Shown piece after piece: positions 26,064-38,611 of a stretch of DNA of 64,000 bases. The notes below the pieces were generated by a model that saw only the letters and a list, made by a program, of their open reading frames with translations, was not told where the DNA came from and made no database searches. The DNA comes from Catajapyx aquilonaris (taxonomy: Eukaryota), in contig JYFJ02001358.1 in assembly GCA_000934665.2 (NCBI GenBank), forward strand, positions 1 through 64,000, written 5' to 3'. Position numbers and translations under genes: made by a program. The number at the start of each line of letters is the position of its first letter. The stretch's first letter is position 1.

Positions 26064-29000
26064 CTTTGAGGAACCGGGTCCGGTTTCCTTTTTTCTGTGT
26101 GTAAATGGACCTCCAGCATCAATCTGGTCATCCAGATGGACCATCAGAGAAGGTGTGTTGCCTACTCCTTTAGGATGTGATTCCCGGAAGACAAAGACTG
26201 GCACGCAGCCTGCAAAAATCCTCACACGCAAACACCAAAAGTGACTCATTCATGATAAGGAACCTGAGCCAACGCCTTCTTATCCCACATTTTGCCCAAA
26301 TTGTCGGTATTGGCCCAGGCAAAAAAAAAAAAAAAAAAACCACGAAGCTTTCTATCATTTTTGCTCGACACACTTTGTTATCCGCGCCGACTATTTTGTT
26401 TTCTCTGCAGGGCACCCTGTTTTTGCTCGTGTTGACTTTGGACCTCATCAGCAGGCGGGGGGCCCCCAGAATTTTTGGCAAATACCTCTCTCTCTGCCTT
26501 GCTTACTCTGTCATCGGCATAAACACGGCCCAAATGCCCTTTTACATAATTTTCGCAATTGCCTGCCGGGCTATCTGGCCAATTACCAACTAATACTACG
26601 ATTACATGTACAGGGTGGCACACATTATTCGTGCCATAATGGGACAGCCATTCTCTTTAGATGTGAAGAATTGCGATTAAACGCCCCCAAAAATGGTTTC
26701 AGTCATACAAATCGCGGCAGGTGTTCCGCCTGGTCCGGATGCCATAAATCGGGCTTTATCTGCTGGTGTCGTAGTCGAACGTGCCCCCCTGTCGCGGTGA
26801 CAGGTGACCGTGACCTCTCAGGTAGTAAACATCATGTTCTGTCCGACACACGTTATAATCTCCCAGATCGTCACTCTTTGAGGTGTGGTCCACAGCATGG
26901 GCGATGCAGGGGAGAGTGACCTATGGAGGTCACCCCGGAAGTGCCCGGGATTCCAGGGCACATAGGGAGCAGCAGACGATCATGCGAAAGTTGAGCACAG
27001 GCAAAAGTGGAGTAGACCTGTGGCAAATAACCGGTATCAGCCAATACATAATGCTCCCCCGACTCCTTTCTTTCAATTTTCCCACCGGTTCTTACGGTTT
27101 CGGGAGAAAGTCTTTTTGCCTATCTGCTGCTGCTGCGTATAAGGAAGGCTGCTGTTCCTTAGGGGGGGTGTGTGTATGAAGTGCAATAAGAAAGTGCCCC
27201 GCCTCGCAAAGAGTGCGAAAAAAAAGAGCCAATAGTAGGCCTATATTGCCAATAGGTGCGACCTCCAAAGGATGAGTCACCCGGTGGTCGAGCAACACTT
27301 GAGGAATATATTCTGTGCATGGCTCGGATGCTGTTACATCAGCTCTTGTATTCTGGGTTACTTTTAGTTGTGCAACACTTCTTTTCCGCCCAGCCAAAAT
27401 GAATCAGCCGGATTTTTTTACGTAACGGGGTCAAAGAGCCGCTGCTTACAACAACACCTGCACACACACACACAGCACAAGTAGTTTGTTTCTGAACCTG
27501 ATTTTTCGCCTTTATCTCAAAAGCGCGCAATTTTATAGCTAGGCTGGGGCAGCAGATTGCGAATTTCCCTCGAAGCGACTGAAAAACGAAAAGGAAAGTC
27601 ATCCTGTGGGCTGCGTTACAATGCATTTTTCTGCAGGATTAAATTAAATAAAAAAAAGTGTAAAAACCAGGTTTTCGTGTGGTCGTTGGGTCCTTTTCGC
27701 ATAACTCGAAAGGCCGCTCCTATTCGTCTTTCTCTTTGACCTCATACGTTATGTTGCCTCCTCCCTGAAGCTGACACTTCATCTGGAGCACTTTCTTCCA
27801 CTTGCTTTCGCTTTCTCTCTCACACACTCCCACTTGCTGACCACTGGACATTCTTCTTTTCTCTCTCTCTCTCTCTCTCTCTCGGCTTACCACCGGTTGT
27901 CATTTTTCCGACTCGGACAGCAGCTCGAGGGGGAAAATCTAAAGGATTGAAAAAAATTGCGACTGCAAAGTGACGTTTTACGGCCGACTTTTTGCGATGT
28001 TTATTGAAAAACCAGTGGCACAGGATGAAAGGTTAATTACTTTTGGGATTGGAATGGAAATAATGAGAAGAGCTGGCAGGCATTAGTCGAGGTGAAATTA
28101 ATCCGTGGCGAAAATGCCTCCCCTGTATATGATTATTAGTGCATGCACTAAACTATACACCATCTCTAATTAACCATGAAATGAAGGACATCTACACAGT
28201 ATAAAAATTGTGTAGATGTTAATTAACCCGAAATGTTCGGCACAAATTGTTTCCGCACACTGTAGAATAATTTCCGTATGGGAAACAATTCGTGCTGAAC
28301 CTTTTCGGGGTTTACGGGCCTCCCATTGTTATTTACGACAAAGTGTGGGTTTATCACTGGAGTATATAGGCGCGTGCTGCCAGGTTAATTCAACCCAAGT
28401 AATTACATATGCGCCACGCCCGAGCAAGCACACAGCTAGACATTGTTTTCCACCAGGTCAAACTCCTCGGATCTGTCAGGTCACCATATCAAAGCATCAG
28501 ACAAGTAAGGAAGTTTGTTTTAAAAAGTCTCCGCGACCAGCTTTCCTGCTTGTCAACAATCGAAGTGAGCTCATTAGTATTCATCAATGTGGGCCAGCAG
28601 CACGAGCCTTCTTATTCCCATATGCAACTAACCATATACAGACGACGAGACAGCATTATTATTATTATTTGGAATCTATTACACACACACACACACACAC
28701 ACCCTGATTACCTCCTGCTGCTAATGACACCGGTCTGACCACCAGGTTAATCAATCAGCTCGACTTGTCTCACTTTTTTATTTTTATTTTACTGTACATA
28801 CATTACAATGCCATGGGTAAATTGGCAGCATTTTTTTTTTTTTTGTAAAGACGAAATAATGGCGATTTTTAAAGGTGCTAACCGATTCTCACGAGCAGGT
28901 GCCAACAAAGGGGTGAGGCGCACCTGCAACCTACTTCTGGTCGAGCATTATTGCAGCAAGTGCATTGTTCAAGGAAGTTCATGACTTGGGTGTGTGCCTG

Positions 29001-29311
29001 CTGATGCAAATTCAGGATGTTCAGTCGATATAATAAGTGAAGAAGCTGATGGTCTCTCGTGATGAAAGGGCGTCATCATTAGTGGTGTGTGCTGCCCAAA
29101 GGGTTCAGCCCAGGGCAGTCGTACCTCCGAAGAGCAACGACACGTCCTTCGTAAAAATCGAGTGAAACTAGTTTGTGCCGAAGTTTGAAATGGGGCATTT
29201 GGGCGGTGGGGGAGGGAGGGGCGGGGACCGGTCCTTATAAAAAGGGAGAGGCCGGCCGGGATTTTTGGTCACTTGTTTTTCTACGGTCCATTCGACACCA
29301 CCACGACGACG

Positions 29312-30071
29312 ATGATGATGATGAGGTTGGTCCTTCTTCTGGTGCTGGGAGGCGTCTCGGGGCTGAACAAGCATGGGTACAGCTACGGGTACTCGACGTA
29401 CCACACCGGAGGAGCGCATGGGGCGCACGGACACGCGCCTGCGGTACACGCGGTCAAGCACGTGTCGTACCCTGCAGCGGTGCAGCATCACCAGGCGGTC
29501 TACGCAGCTCCGACGGCAGCCACCATCGCCTCGCCTGCACCTGTCATCAAGGTACGGAGTGTTGCATATTCCAAAGGATGATGGTCTTGACGTTTATTGG
29601 CGTGACTTTCAGGCGACGGTGTCACCTGCTCCGGCCATACTGAAGGTACCGGTGTCTGCTCCGGCGCCGGTGGTGCATGCAGCTCCGGCAGCGGCTGCGG
29701 TGCACGTGGCGCCGTCGTACGGGTACGCCGGATACGCCGGCGGGTACGGAGGGTTCGGAGGGTACAGTGGGTACAACGGGATCGCTGGAATCAGCGGGTA
29801 CAGCGGATTGGGCGGGTACGGAGGGTACGGAGGGTACGGCGGGTACGGGCTGTCTGGCGGTGCAGCCGTCGCCCACTCGGCTCCTGTGGTGTACCACGGG
29901 GCGGCCCACAGTGGTTCGGCTGCCCTGAGCGGCGGGTATCACTCTGAAGGACTGGTGCAGCACCATGCGGCCGCTGCGTACCCTGCCGCGTCGTACGCGT
30001 ACCCGTCCGCTCCGCAGCTGCTGGTCAAGGCTGCCACCGGACCCGAATGCGTCTGTCTCAAGAAGGCATAG
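29312..30071 (+). CDS. Secreted Gly/Ala/Tyr/His-rich low-complexity cuticular protein (2 exons, intron about 29552-29612)
   Basis: Signal peptide MRLVLLLVLGGVSG, AAP(A/T)/APV motifs, GGY repeats, and TATAAAA near 29236. Confidence 0.8.
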
Positions 30072-31750
30072 CACCATCGACGCAGCTGTTTGTTGTTATA
30101 CCATGAATAATAATTGTTGACATTGCCCTCGCATGGCCTGCTGTGTGCATGTCCTCCAAAGTGTGAGCGCGGTACCGGACTTTCGATGGTCCTTCATTCG
30201 CTGTGCAGACCAGCAGACGGATGCTGACGACGACTGACGGAGGAGCCCCCAGTCAGCGTGTCAACCCAATTGTGCCACTCCCCTCATGTCATTATTACCT
30301 TGTCCAGAGAGCCAGACAATAAAAATCAGACAACACGTGTTTGCCATCCGATTTTATGTACTTTCCCCTCATCAGATGCCTTTTCACCCCTGCCAGCTCT
30401 TCATGTGCCCATTCAATCGGCATGCAAAAGAAAAAGGCGGCCATTGCTGAGAATAATTAATTAGGGCCGATCTGATGGCCTAATTCCGCGAGTGATGCAG
30501 TTGGATCATTGGAACCTTTGTCAAATGCGATATAAACGATATCTAACGTCCATTTCTTGCGGACATTTGCTGTAAAAGCAGGCACCTAACAATGCTTCAT
30601 TTGCATGCATTTCGACTACATTGTTCCATATTCTCTAATATTTTTGACAAGGTCTTCCCTCACGACCACAACCATTCTTTTCTTTGACATGAAAAGAATT
30701 CTTTCTAACATCCCGTTATTGGTTATTACAACACACCGCCCGTGTATTCCAATGGAAAGTTTTTGTCCGGTGGTGTGTGTCCAAGCTCTGGGAGGAAGCG
30801 TCCTTTTTTGGTGACACCACCGTGAGAAGCAGGAAGACACGGAGGAAGTGACAGGAAGAAGGTTTCTTGCTGCCCGCAGCAGGTTGTTCACATCACCACT
30901 GATATAGATGAATGCATATTATATACTATTAGTTAGTTTTGTTCATGACATGTATCTAACCGCATCATTATAGTAATCATTGCGCGTGTAACTGACCAGT
31001 CACTATAAAGGATGCGTCGGTCACATGGGGTGGCCAGGTGTTGTGTTCACCTGGACATGGCTGGCTACCCGTCATGGGAAAAGGCCGTCGGATGAATGAA
31101 TGAATGCGTTATTACACATTCCATGATGGTAATTATCACATTCAACCGTAACACATGTAATGTTGATTCATTACTCCCCATTTTTCAGAGCGAAATAGCA
31201 GCATTTGCTATATACTATGGCTATAGAGTGGTGCTTCTCTCCTCGTCTCTATATAGGCGTTAATAGAGATATCCGATGTGCTTCAATGGGGGCTGTATAT
31301 AGGCCTACACCTCGCCTCAAACTTTTCCCTTATTACACGCCTCATGGCCTCAGCTGTCTCGGCCCACAACAACATTATTATTATTATTAACCTAACGCTA
31401 ACCAAAGACCAAAGTTTCGGTGGTCTTGGCTGCTGGACACATCCCCCCCTCGAGCTTTTACTATTTTTTCTCCCTCTGTTTGAGAGAGACTTGTGCGAGG
31501 GTGCGGTGGTGATGACTGGAACAAGTAGTCCTGCTGGAATGGTCATGCATTGTGGCAGTACCCCCCTGATGATGAGTACAGAGTCAAACTGTGGTAATAG
31601 CAATAGGAGTTTATTTCCTTTGTACAAGAAGAGGTCCGGGAAGTATTCAGTGGTCGGACCCGATGATGCTGAGGACCGTCTCTTCCTCCGGTGTTAATTT
31701 TTGGTTGTTGACAGCAGCAGGAGCGTGATGGTGAGAGGTATAGTATAGAG

Positions 31751-32311
31751 TTAGTGGTGTCCTCCTCCGAGGTCAGCTCCTCCGGCATGGCCGTGACCTC
31801 CCTTGCTGTTGGTGACGACGGCGTTGAATCCCGAGTGAGGATCGGCGGTGTACTGGACCACCCGGAGGCTGCCGTCCGGCTCCACGATGCTGTACTGTCC
31901 CTTGACGGTGTCTCCGTCCCTGCTCTCCCACTGGTTCTTCACGTCTCCGGTGTGGGGGTCAGTCACTCCGTACGAAAAAGAGTAGTGCGGGTGCGACTAT
32001 ATAGGGGTCGATGAAACAACCGTGTCAGACACTATACACACTTATACTAGAGCAATGATGACAACAGTGCCCCTGATGTACTCACGTGGTAGTCGCCACC
32101 CTTGTGGTCACCTGGGAAGGCGTCGCACCTGCTGACCATCAGGCAGGCAGCCACGGCCATCAACACCAGCTGCAAGTATACAGTCCACGATGAGATGCAA
32201 CATTGGCTCCGTATAATCCAAGCAGTATTGTTGTTGCGAGGCCAATGCTGCATCTCTCTCAGCGACCAAAAGAACTATAAGAGAACTCACTCCGAGTCGC
32301 TGGGCCACCAT
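31751..32311 (-). CDS. RR-2 (Rebers-Riddiford chitin-binding) cuticular protein, 3 exons
   Basis: [60 protein letters not shown] matches the RR-2 consensus. Signal peptide present; TATAAAA on the minus strand near 32405-32411. Confidence 0.95.
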
Positions 32312-35300
32312 TGTTGCTTGGATTGTTGTTGTGTTGAGAGGATGGAAGTGTGCTGGAGGCTGGATCAGTTGCGTTTGATGGTCTGTTGGGGCTGTCCCCG
32401 GGCCTTTTATACCTGTGCTGGGCTTTTCCTTCTTGCAACTCCCCCCCTCTCTCTCCCTCCCCCCTCTCTTTACTTCTTCTTCCTGTCCCCTGAAGGTGTA
32501 CTTGGTGCACTTTTGCCCCCGAGTGTAACAAGGTACAGTCTGCGCCGCCATGCCGCCATGCATGCGATATCCTCATGCATGAGATGCCGTGGTCGCGCTT
32601 TCTCCACAAAAAAAACAACCGCCGCCGGTCTCTCTGCTGCTGCCTGCTGTATACCCCCCCGATGGACATATTTGCGCCATTTGCATACTTCAAGCTTGGA
32701 AAGCAACACATACGTGTAATTACCCACCACCGACCGAGTGTATGTAGCTCTCTCGAGGCTGAGAGATGCGCAGCCGAGCGAGACTTATTATGCGCCACCG
32801 GGCAATAAAATTCCCGAGATTTGTCGGGCATCAAGATAACGAGTGTGCGTACCGAGGTCCCGTTAAGTTGCCGGTACGTAATCGCGCACACAACGAACGA
32901 CGACAGGAGAGAAAGTGTGTGACACGCCCTGGATGATGCCCTCCTCTCGTCGCGCCTTAGCTTTTTCTCCATGATATCCGAAGAGAATCTGTGGATGTGT
33001 GTACCGCTATAATGCAGCAGCAGGAGGACGTGTGCATCCATCGGTCCATCCGACGGACAGCAGTGTTCGTGATAGATGGAGAAAACACACTACACATACA
33101 CAGGGAGAGAGACACGCGAGGGATTTAAACACAGTGATTAGAATCGCGTGCCTTATAATCCTTCCCGTCTACTTGACTCTTGAGAGCAAACACAGCAATA
33201 TGTTACATATGGAAAGCAGCAGATAGTGACATGAACGAGGGGCTAAACGGTGCAGCAGGTACGCCTCCTCCTCCTCATTGTCACTGATGATGGAACACTA
33301 ATTCTTCTTGTCAATTGACGACTGGCTGGAACAATAAATTATTGCTTCTTCTCAAGAGGGAAAGTTGCAAGGTATAGGCATGTCTTAATTGCAGGCTGTT
33401 TGTTCGTTATTATCTCCTGATAGCTGGCTGATACACGTGTCCATCCGGGGTCCATAATGTGTTCAGGACATTACAGCAGACTCGTCGAGTCAAAAAATAA
33501 ACAACGATGAAAGTAATATAACGTATACCGAATAATAACTGATGCAAATTCCAGCCCAAATTTTATGAACAAAATGTGGGTTTTTAATAATAATCACATT
33601 ACCACGAGGGTTCCCATACAATAATTGTTCGGAATTGGAGGTAAAACTGAATAAATAAATGGCTATAAATAAAAATTTCCACGAGGGTTTATATAATGCC
33701 TGCTACAATATTTTGTTATTTTACAACCAGATATTGCCGTGAACCCATCTGAAATAATTGCCGTGAGAACGATTTGCGTCGCACAAAATTAATTGCGAAC
33801 GAAGACACACAACAATGTCAACTTTCACACATCATATATATTTAACAGTAACTGATGATATTCCGACTGATAATTTTAACAGCGTTATATATTTTATTAG
33901 CGCCAAGCGTGTACGTGTGTACCGGTGTACGGTAATAACCGCGAGAAAATAATTATATTCCGGCCATGTTTGTACACGGTGAGTAAACAAAATGTCAACA
34001 CCTGCGTGACAACTGGTGGACATGCAAAATGGACGTTGTCACACTCGACGGGAGAAGAATCGTAAAATAAAAAATAAAAAATAAAGGGAAAAGTAAAAAT
34101 AGAGCGTGTTCAAGAGATGACAACGGGACCTGGCGTGAAAACTGTTGGAAAGACAGGTGTCAGTCAAATACAGACTGTGTACACAGCAGCACCTTCGGAA
34201 AACATGTCGCTCTCAACCTTACATTAATTGCAGTCAGATTATGTCTGCCACAATTAATTAGCAAGGCTCATATTAATTTAATTTACTTAACAAGTTCGTG
34301 TATATCTGTTTGAGCTGCACTTGGTCATTTGGGTCGTGTGTCAAAAGTGCATCACCGTTTTTCCCCCCCCCCTCGCCGGAGGGTCATCATCATGACAATA
34401 ACATGTCGATGCGATGATGATGATGATGAGACGTCGGATGAAACTGCGAATTAGAGTTGGCCGCCTTTTCGGTGCATGCACGCAGTTAGCAGCCGTTTGA
34501 AAATCAGGTTTGCGAATCTAGTCGGCCAGTTTGCAGAAAGGAGGGGGGAAAAAATGAAATATTTCTTTCACCCCCCCTCGCCATTTTTTTTTTTGCATTT
34601 CCGGATTATACTTTCGCGGAGGCAAATTGCGACCTGGAGCGACGACGACTGATTGCATCAGGCGCACATGTCCGTTCAGAAACACACACATTCTAATTAC
34701 ACACACTGCATATGTGTGTAGTAACCACACACTTTATTCTTCTCCCTCCTGGAGGCCTGCTCGATGAGCGTGGGTGTGAAAGACTGTTTCGCAAGTCAGA
34801 AACCGCGGAAGATAATTTAATTAGAGCAATTGTTCACATGCATACTCTACAGCATGGTTTCATCATGCAGCTATATACATATGCACGACGGGAACTCAGA
34901 GACCACCTCCGAGGCACCCAGTTCGATTCCCGGAATGGAAAGGAAAATTTTCTCTTTCCCACTGTCAGGTCCTGTATTAAGCAAAACGTTTGTAATACAA
35001 GTACGTATGTACACCCGGAAATGAACGTAAAATAATACTTTCATCAGAGCATGTGCAGTTATAGGGGCATAAAATATTAGGTACCTAATAATAATAATGT
35101 GCATTTGTAATGAAAACGCCTTGCCATCGTGTTCCACGTCCTCAAAAATATTGGAGTCATTCCGAATCAAGTGGGCAGAAATGTATGTTGCTAGAACATA
35201 TCGGATTTTAGTGAAAACAATTGCAGCTGTGCACAGCACCTATGCCATAACGTTGCATATAAAGTTTCAGCAATATTGTGCAATAGCTTGGGGAGGGAAA

Positions 35301-35335
35301 AAAATCGCGAAATATTGGAAGGGTTTGCAAATGAT

Positions 35336-35430
35336 GGGTGGAATTTTTGTCCCACTGCTATAGTTACAGCTAACTTAGCAGTGAGTACCCCGGCAGTACC
35401 AGTGTTGGGGATGGTTACTGCTAAGTACTC
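35336..35430. mobile_element. Truncated copy of the small GGGTGGAATTTT-TIR element also seen at 62640
   Basis: GGGTGGAATTTTTGTCCCACTGCT...CAGTGTTGGGATGGTTACT matches the ends and interior of 62640-62742. No right TIR seen. Confidence 0.55.
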
Positions 35431-36063
35431 CGAAGATACTGACAAGATATTTTACAAATAATAACAGCTATAAGATCTGGGAAAACGTTGTGAATGGGTC
35501 TGGAACGATTTTGCTTGTCAAGAAGTCCTGGAATTAATTTCCAAAAAAGAGCTATAAAACTCGAAATTGGAGTACTGCCGACCTGTTAGGCGGATTTAAA
35601 CGTGTAAACTGAAATCTATGTGGTTCAGGCCTATCTAGTAGCGAAGGGCTTAACTGGTGGCCCCATTAGAGTTGGTGACCCCCATGACTCAGGTCAGCTC
35701 CACTAGATAAATTCACACTAGTTTGGTCCAAAGCATGTTGGTGCAATGAAACTTGTCTTTAGCAGAGTTGCTCCTTGTGGAAAATTTTGTGGCACTCAGC
35801 AGTGTTTCATTAACCTATATGCAACACGAGTGCTCTAATATTCTTCCAGTTGGATATAACAAAATATCTGCAATGGGCAAGTTTCCACTGTAATGTTACA
35901 GACACGCTTCACTGCACTAACAGCAGGACTGTAATAAAACAGCCAGAGTATCACAAACCTTCATCATTTATATCATCCTTGGCCATCTCAACTACTCTCT
36001 ATGCATTGTTGCATTTATTCTGTACATGCGATAGCCACAAAAAGTTTCTCAGATGACATTTGC

Positions 36064-37192
36064 CTATTTGGCTTCGTTACTTTCTGCACCCTGACTGTCT
36101 GGCTTCAAGACTGTTCCCAAGCCATCGTCCAGCTCCTTGACTGCATGCAGGGCGTAGCTCATTCCTGTGTAGGGCACCCACCACCATCGGTTCACCACTG
36201 GGTTAAACATCATTCCATGGACCAAGTGAGTATGGCAGCCATCTATCAGAGTGGATGAAATACATACGCAATGGTATAAGCAGATCATGTCAGGAATCCC
36301 ATGTCACTTACTCTCTTCGAGTATGGCTTTCATCTCATTTGGGGTGATAAACTTGTCCCAGTCGTGCGTCCCTGGTGGAACAATCCTCATAATCTTCTCC
36401 GCCACGACCACCCCCAGTACAAAGGAGACTCTGGTTCGGTTCAGGGTGGTCACAAAGAAGGAACCCCCTGGCCTGAGGAGGGCGCCACAGTTGCGCAGAA
36501 AGCCCTCCGGATTGACCACGTGCTCCACCACCTCTGAAGCAATCACCCCGTGGTACCTTCCCTGCGTGGTCAGCCCTTGTGTTGCAGCCATCTCTTCCAC
36601 CGTCCCACACACATACTTGGTGTTTCGATGGACCACCGGGTCCCGGGTGGCATGCAGCTTGGCCACTTCAACCGCCTCCGGGGAGGCATCCACTCCGGTC
36701 ACTTTGGCCCCCAGACGAGCCAGCGGTTCGCTCAGTATCCCTCCGCCGCATCCAACATCCAGGATATGGAAGCCAGCTAAGGAGAACGGGTGAGGCTCGT
36801 GCTCCGGCGGCATCTCGTGGGTAGCAAGTAGCCCATCTCGAACCAGCTGTACCCTACAACACATCCAATTAGGTTCATCACCCATGTGAAGAGTACAATG
36901 CGCCACCTTAGCTTGTTGAGTGCGTGCAGGGCGGAGAAGTCTCCGTCTTCCTTCCACCAGTTCTTGGCGATCCCGGTGAATTTAGCCAGCTCGCTCCTGT
37001 CCAGGGATGAGCCTGCACGGTCCGAGCTGGGTGATGCTCCAGCCATGCTGCGGCTACAGAAACACATTTTATTTTTATTTTTTTAATGGGGGGGGATAAC
37101 CGCATTGGTTTGCGGCATGAGCTTTATTACCTGAGTGCGGCATGAAGAGCCCTGGTGGCCCGAGGGAAGACCCTCGTGCAGATGAGACTCAT
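36064..37192 (-). CDS. COQ3: Ubiquinone biosynthesis O-methyltransferase, mitochondrial (4 exons)
   Basis: ELAKF...WW...G.FSALHALNKLRV, SAM motif ILDVGCGGGILSEPLARLGAKVTGVD, ASEVVEHV, and VPPGTHDWDKFITP. Confidence 0.96.
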
Positions 37193-38611
37193 CTTCTCTG
37201 CTCAAAATTTTCAGAACATGTATGTGAATAGAAAAATAATATTACAAAAATGTTATTCCTGACAACGTTCGAATCGCCACCATTGAAGGCAGCCCCTTCA
37301 CTTTCAGTTGGTGGAGGCGACTGGGGCCGCCCCAGGGTGCGCTCAGGGGCCTCCTGATGTCACCGCAGAAGGGAACAGCCTTTCGAGTTCCAAGTTCCGA
37401 AAAAAAAGTAGATTTCAACTCGCCGACTTCATATTGGAAGCGGGGTTGCCAGATGAGCCGACACGTGTTGAAGCCCGATGGACGCCGCCATCTTGGAGCT
37501 TTCTAGCGATCCGATTGGCTGGTGGACCGGACCTACCAAGATGGCCGCCAATTAAATTCATTTACGCGCTTGTTTTTAAAAACAATGGAAGGGACGGCGG
37601 TGATTGTTGCCGGGAAAGGGGTGCCAGTCACCATTGTTGGGGGGGCTGGGATGGATTCCCATGGGGATCTGGTTCTGGCTCCAGTGAGTTTACGAACAGG
37701 CATGGCGACGCTCTGACTGGCGAGTGTTGTAAAACAATAGGGCGGCCGGAGAGGCTCGTGTTTTACAAAAAAATATTTTACAGACAATTTTTTCCGTCCG
37801 GCTGAGACGGGCCTGATGCCCTGAGGAAGCAGCTGCTACCACCGCTGCTGGCTTCTGGCTACTCACCAAAGGGGTAAGACCAACCTGCAAACTATATATA
37901 ATAAAAGGATATAATAATTGCTGGCAATTTAATTGTTGCCATTTATTCACTGCAAATGCAAACCAAGATGTGCTGGCATCATTATTAACTAATATTGTCA
38001 GCAAGTTTTACATAAGGCTATTTGTCTTTGTCAAGCGATATCAGTTTGATAATAAATATATTATGGCCTGATAAAAATGTAACGTTGCAGTTGTCATCGT
38101 GACGTATGACTGGGCAGCTTCAGGTAATAGCGTTCTGCCCATGTTGAGTTATTTTTGGCATCATTGCCCTCATCTTATTTGTATCATTATTGTTCCCAAC
38201 CCTTTTACTGTCGCAATAATATTGTTGGAAAGAATGAACTTTTCCAGCTTCTATAGTAAAAGTGGAACAAACCCTTCCGCAGCTGGAGGTAGTCGAGGAA
38301 TTGATTGAAAAGGGTCATCCACCAACAGGCACGGAATATTATTGATTGCAGGTGAGGCATATGGGAGCAGGGGGGTGGGTCTTGGTGCAGTGGGTGGTTG
38401 GGTGGGTTTGGATCAATGGGGTTTGCATGCAATGTTGTTTCTTTAAGGGAAAAGAGGGTCAGGGAATGGGGAAGTTTTGTGCAAAGCTCGACAGCTTCTG
38501 AGTACAATCTTTGAGTCATTCATGGGGTCTGTCGTATTGCGAGGCGTTGGCTCACTTCCTTTCTTTCTCGTCGGGACAGTGCCGTGGGAAAGAGTCACCT
38601 GGTGGTGAGCC

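Noticed and set aside
26609..26618. TACAGGGTGG matching the end of the NDUFV1 MITE
   Set aside because: Only 10 bp of match and no partner TIR seen.
26044..27020. Possible small spliced minus-strand gene
   Set aside because: Some splice-like sites, but no consistent frame or recognisable protein.
34880..34940. B-box-like GTTCGATTCC suggesting a tRNA or SINE
   Set aside because: No cloverleaf or A-box could be built; at most a degenerate fragment.
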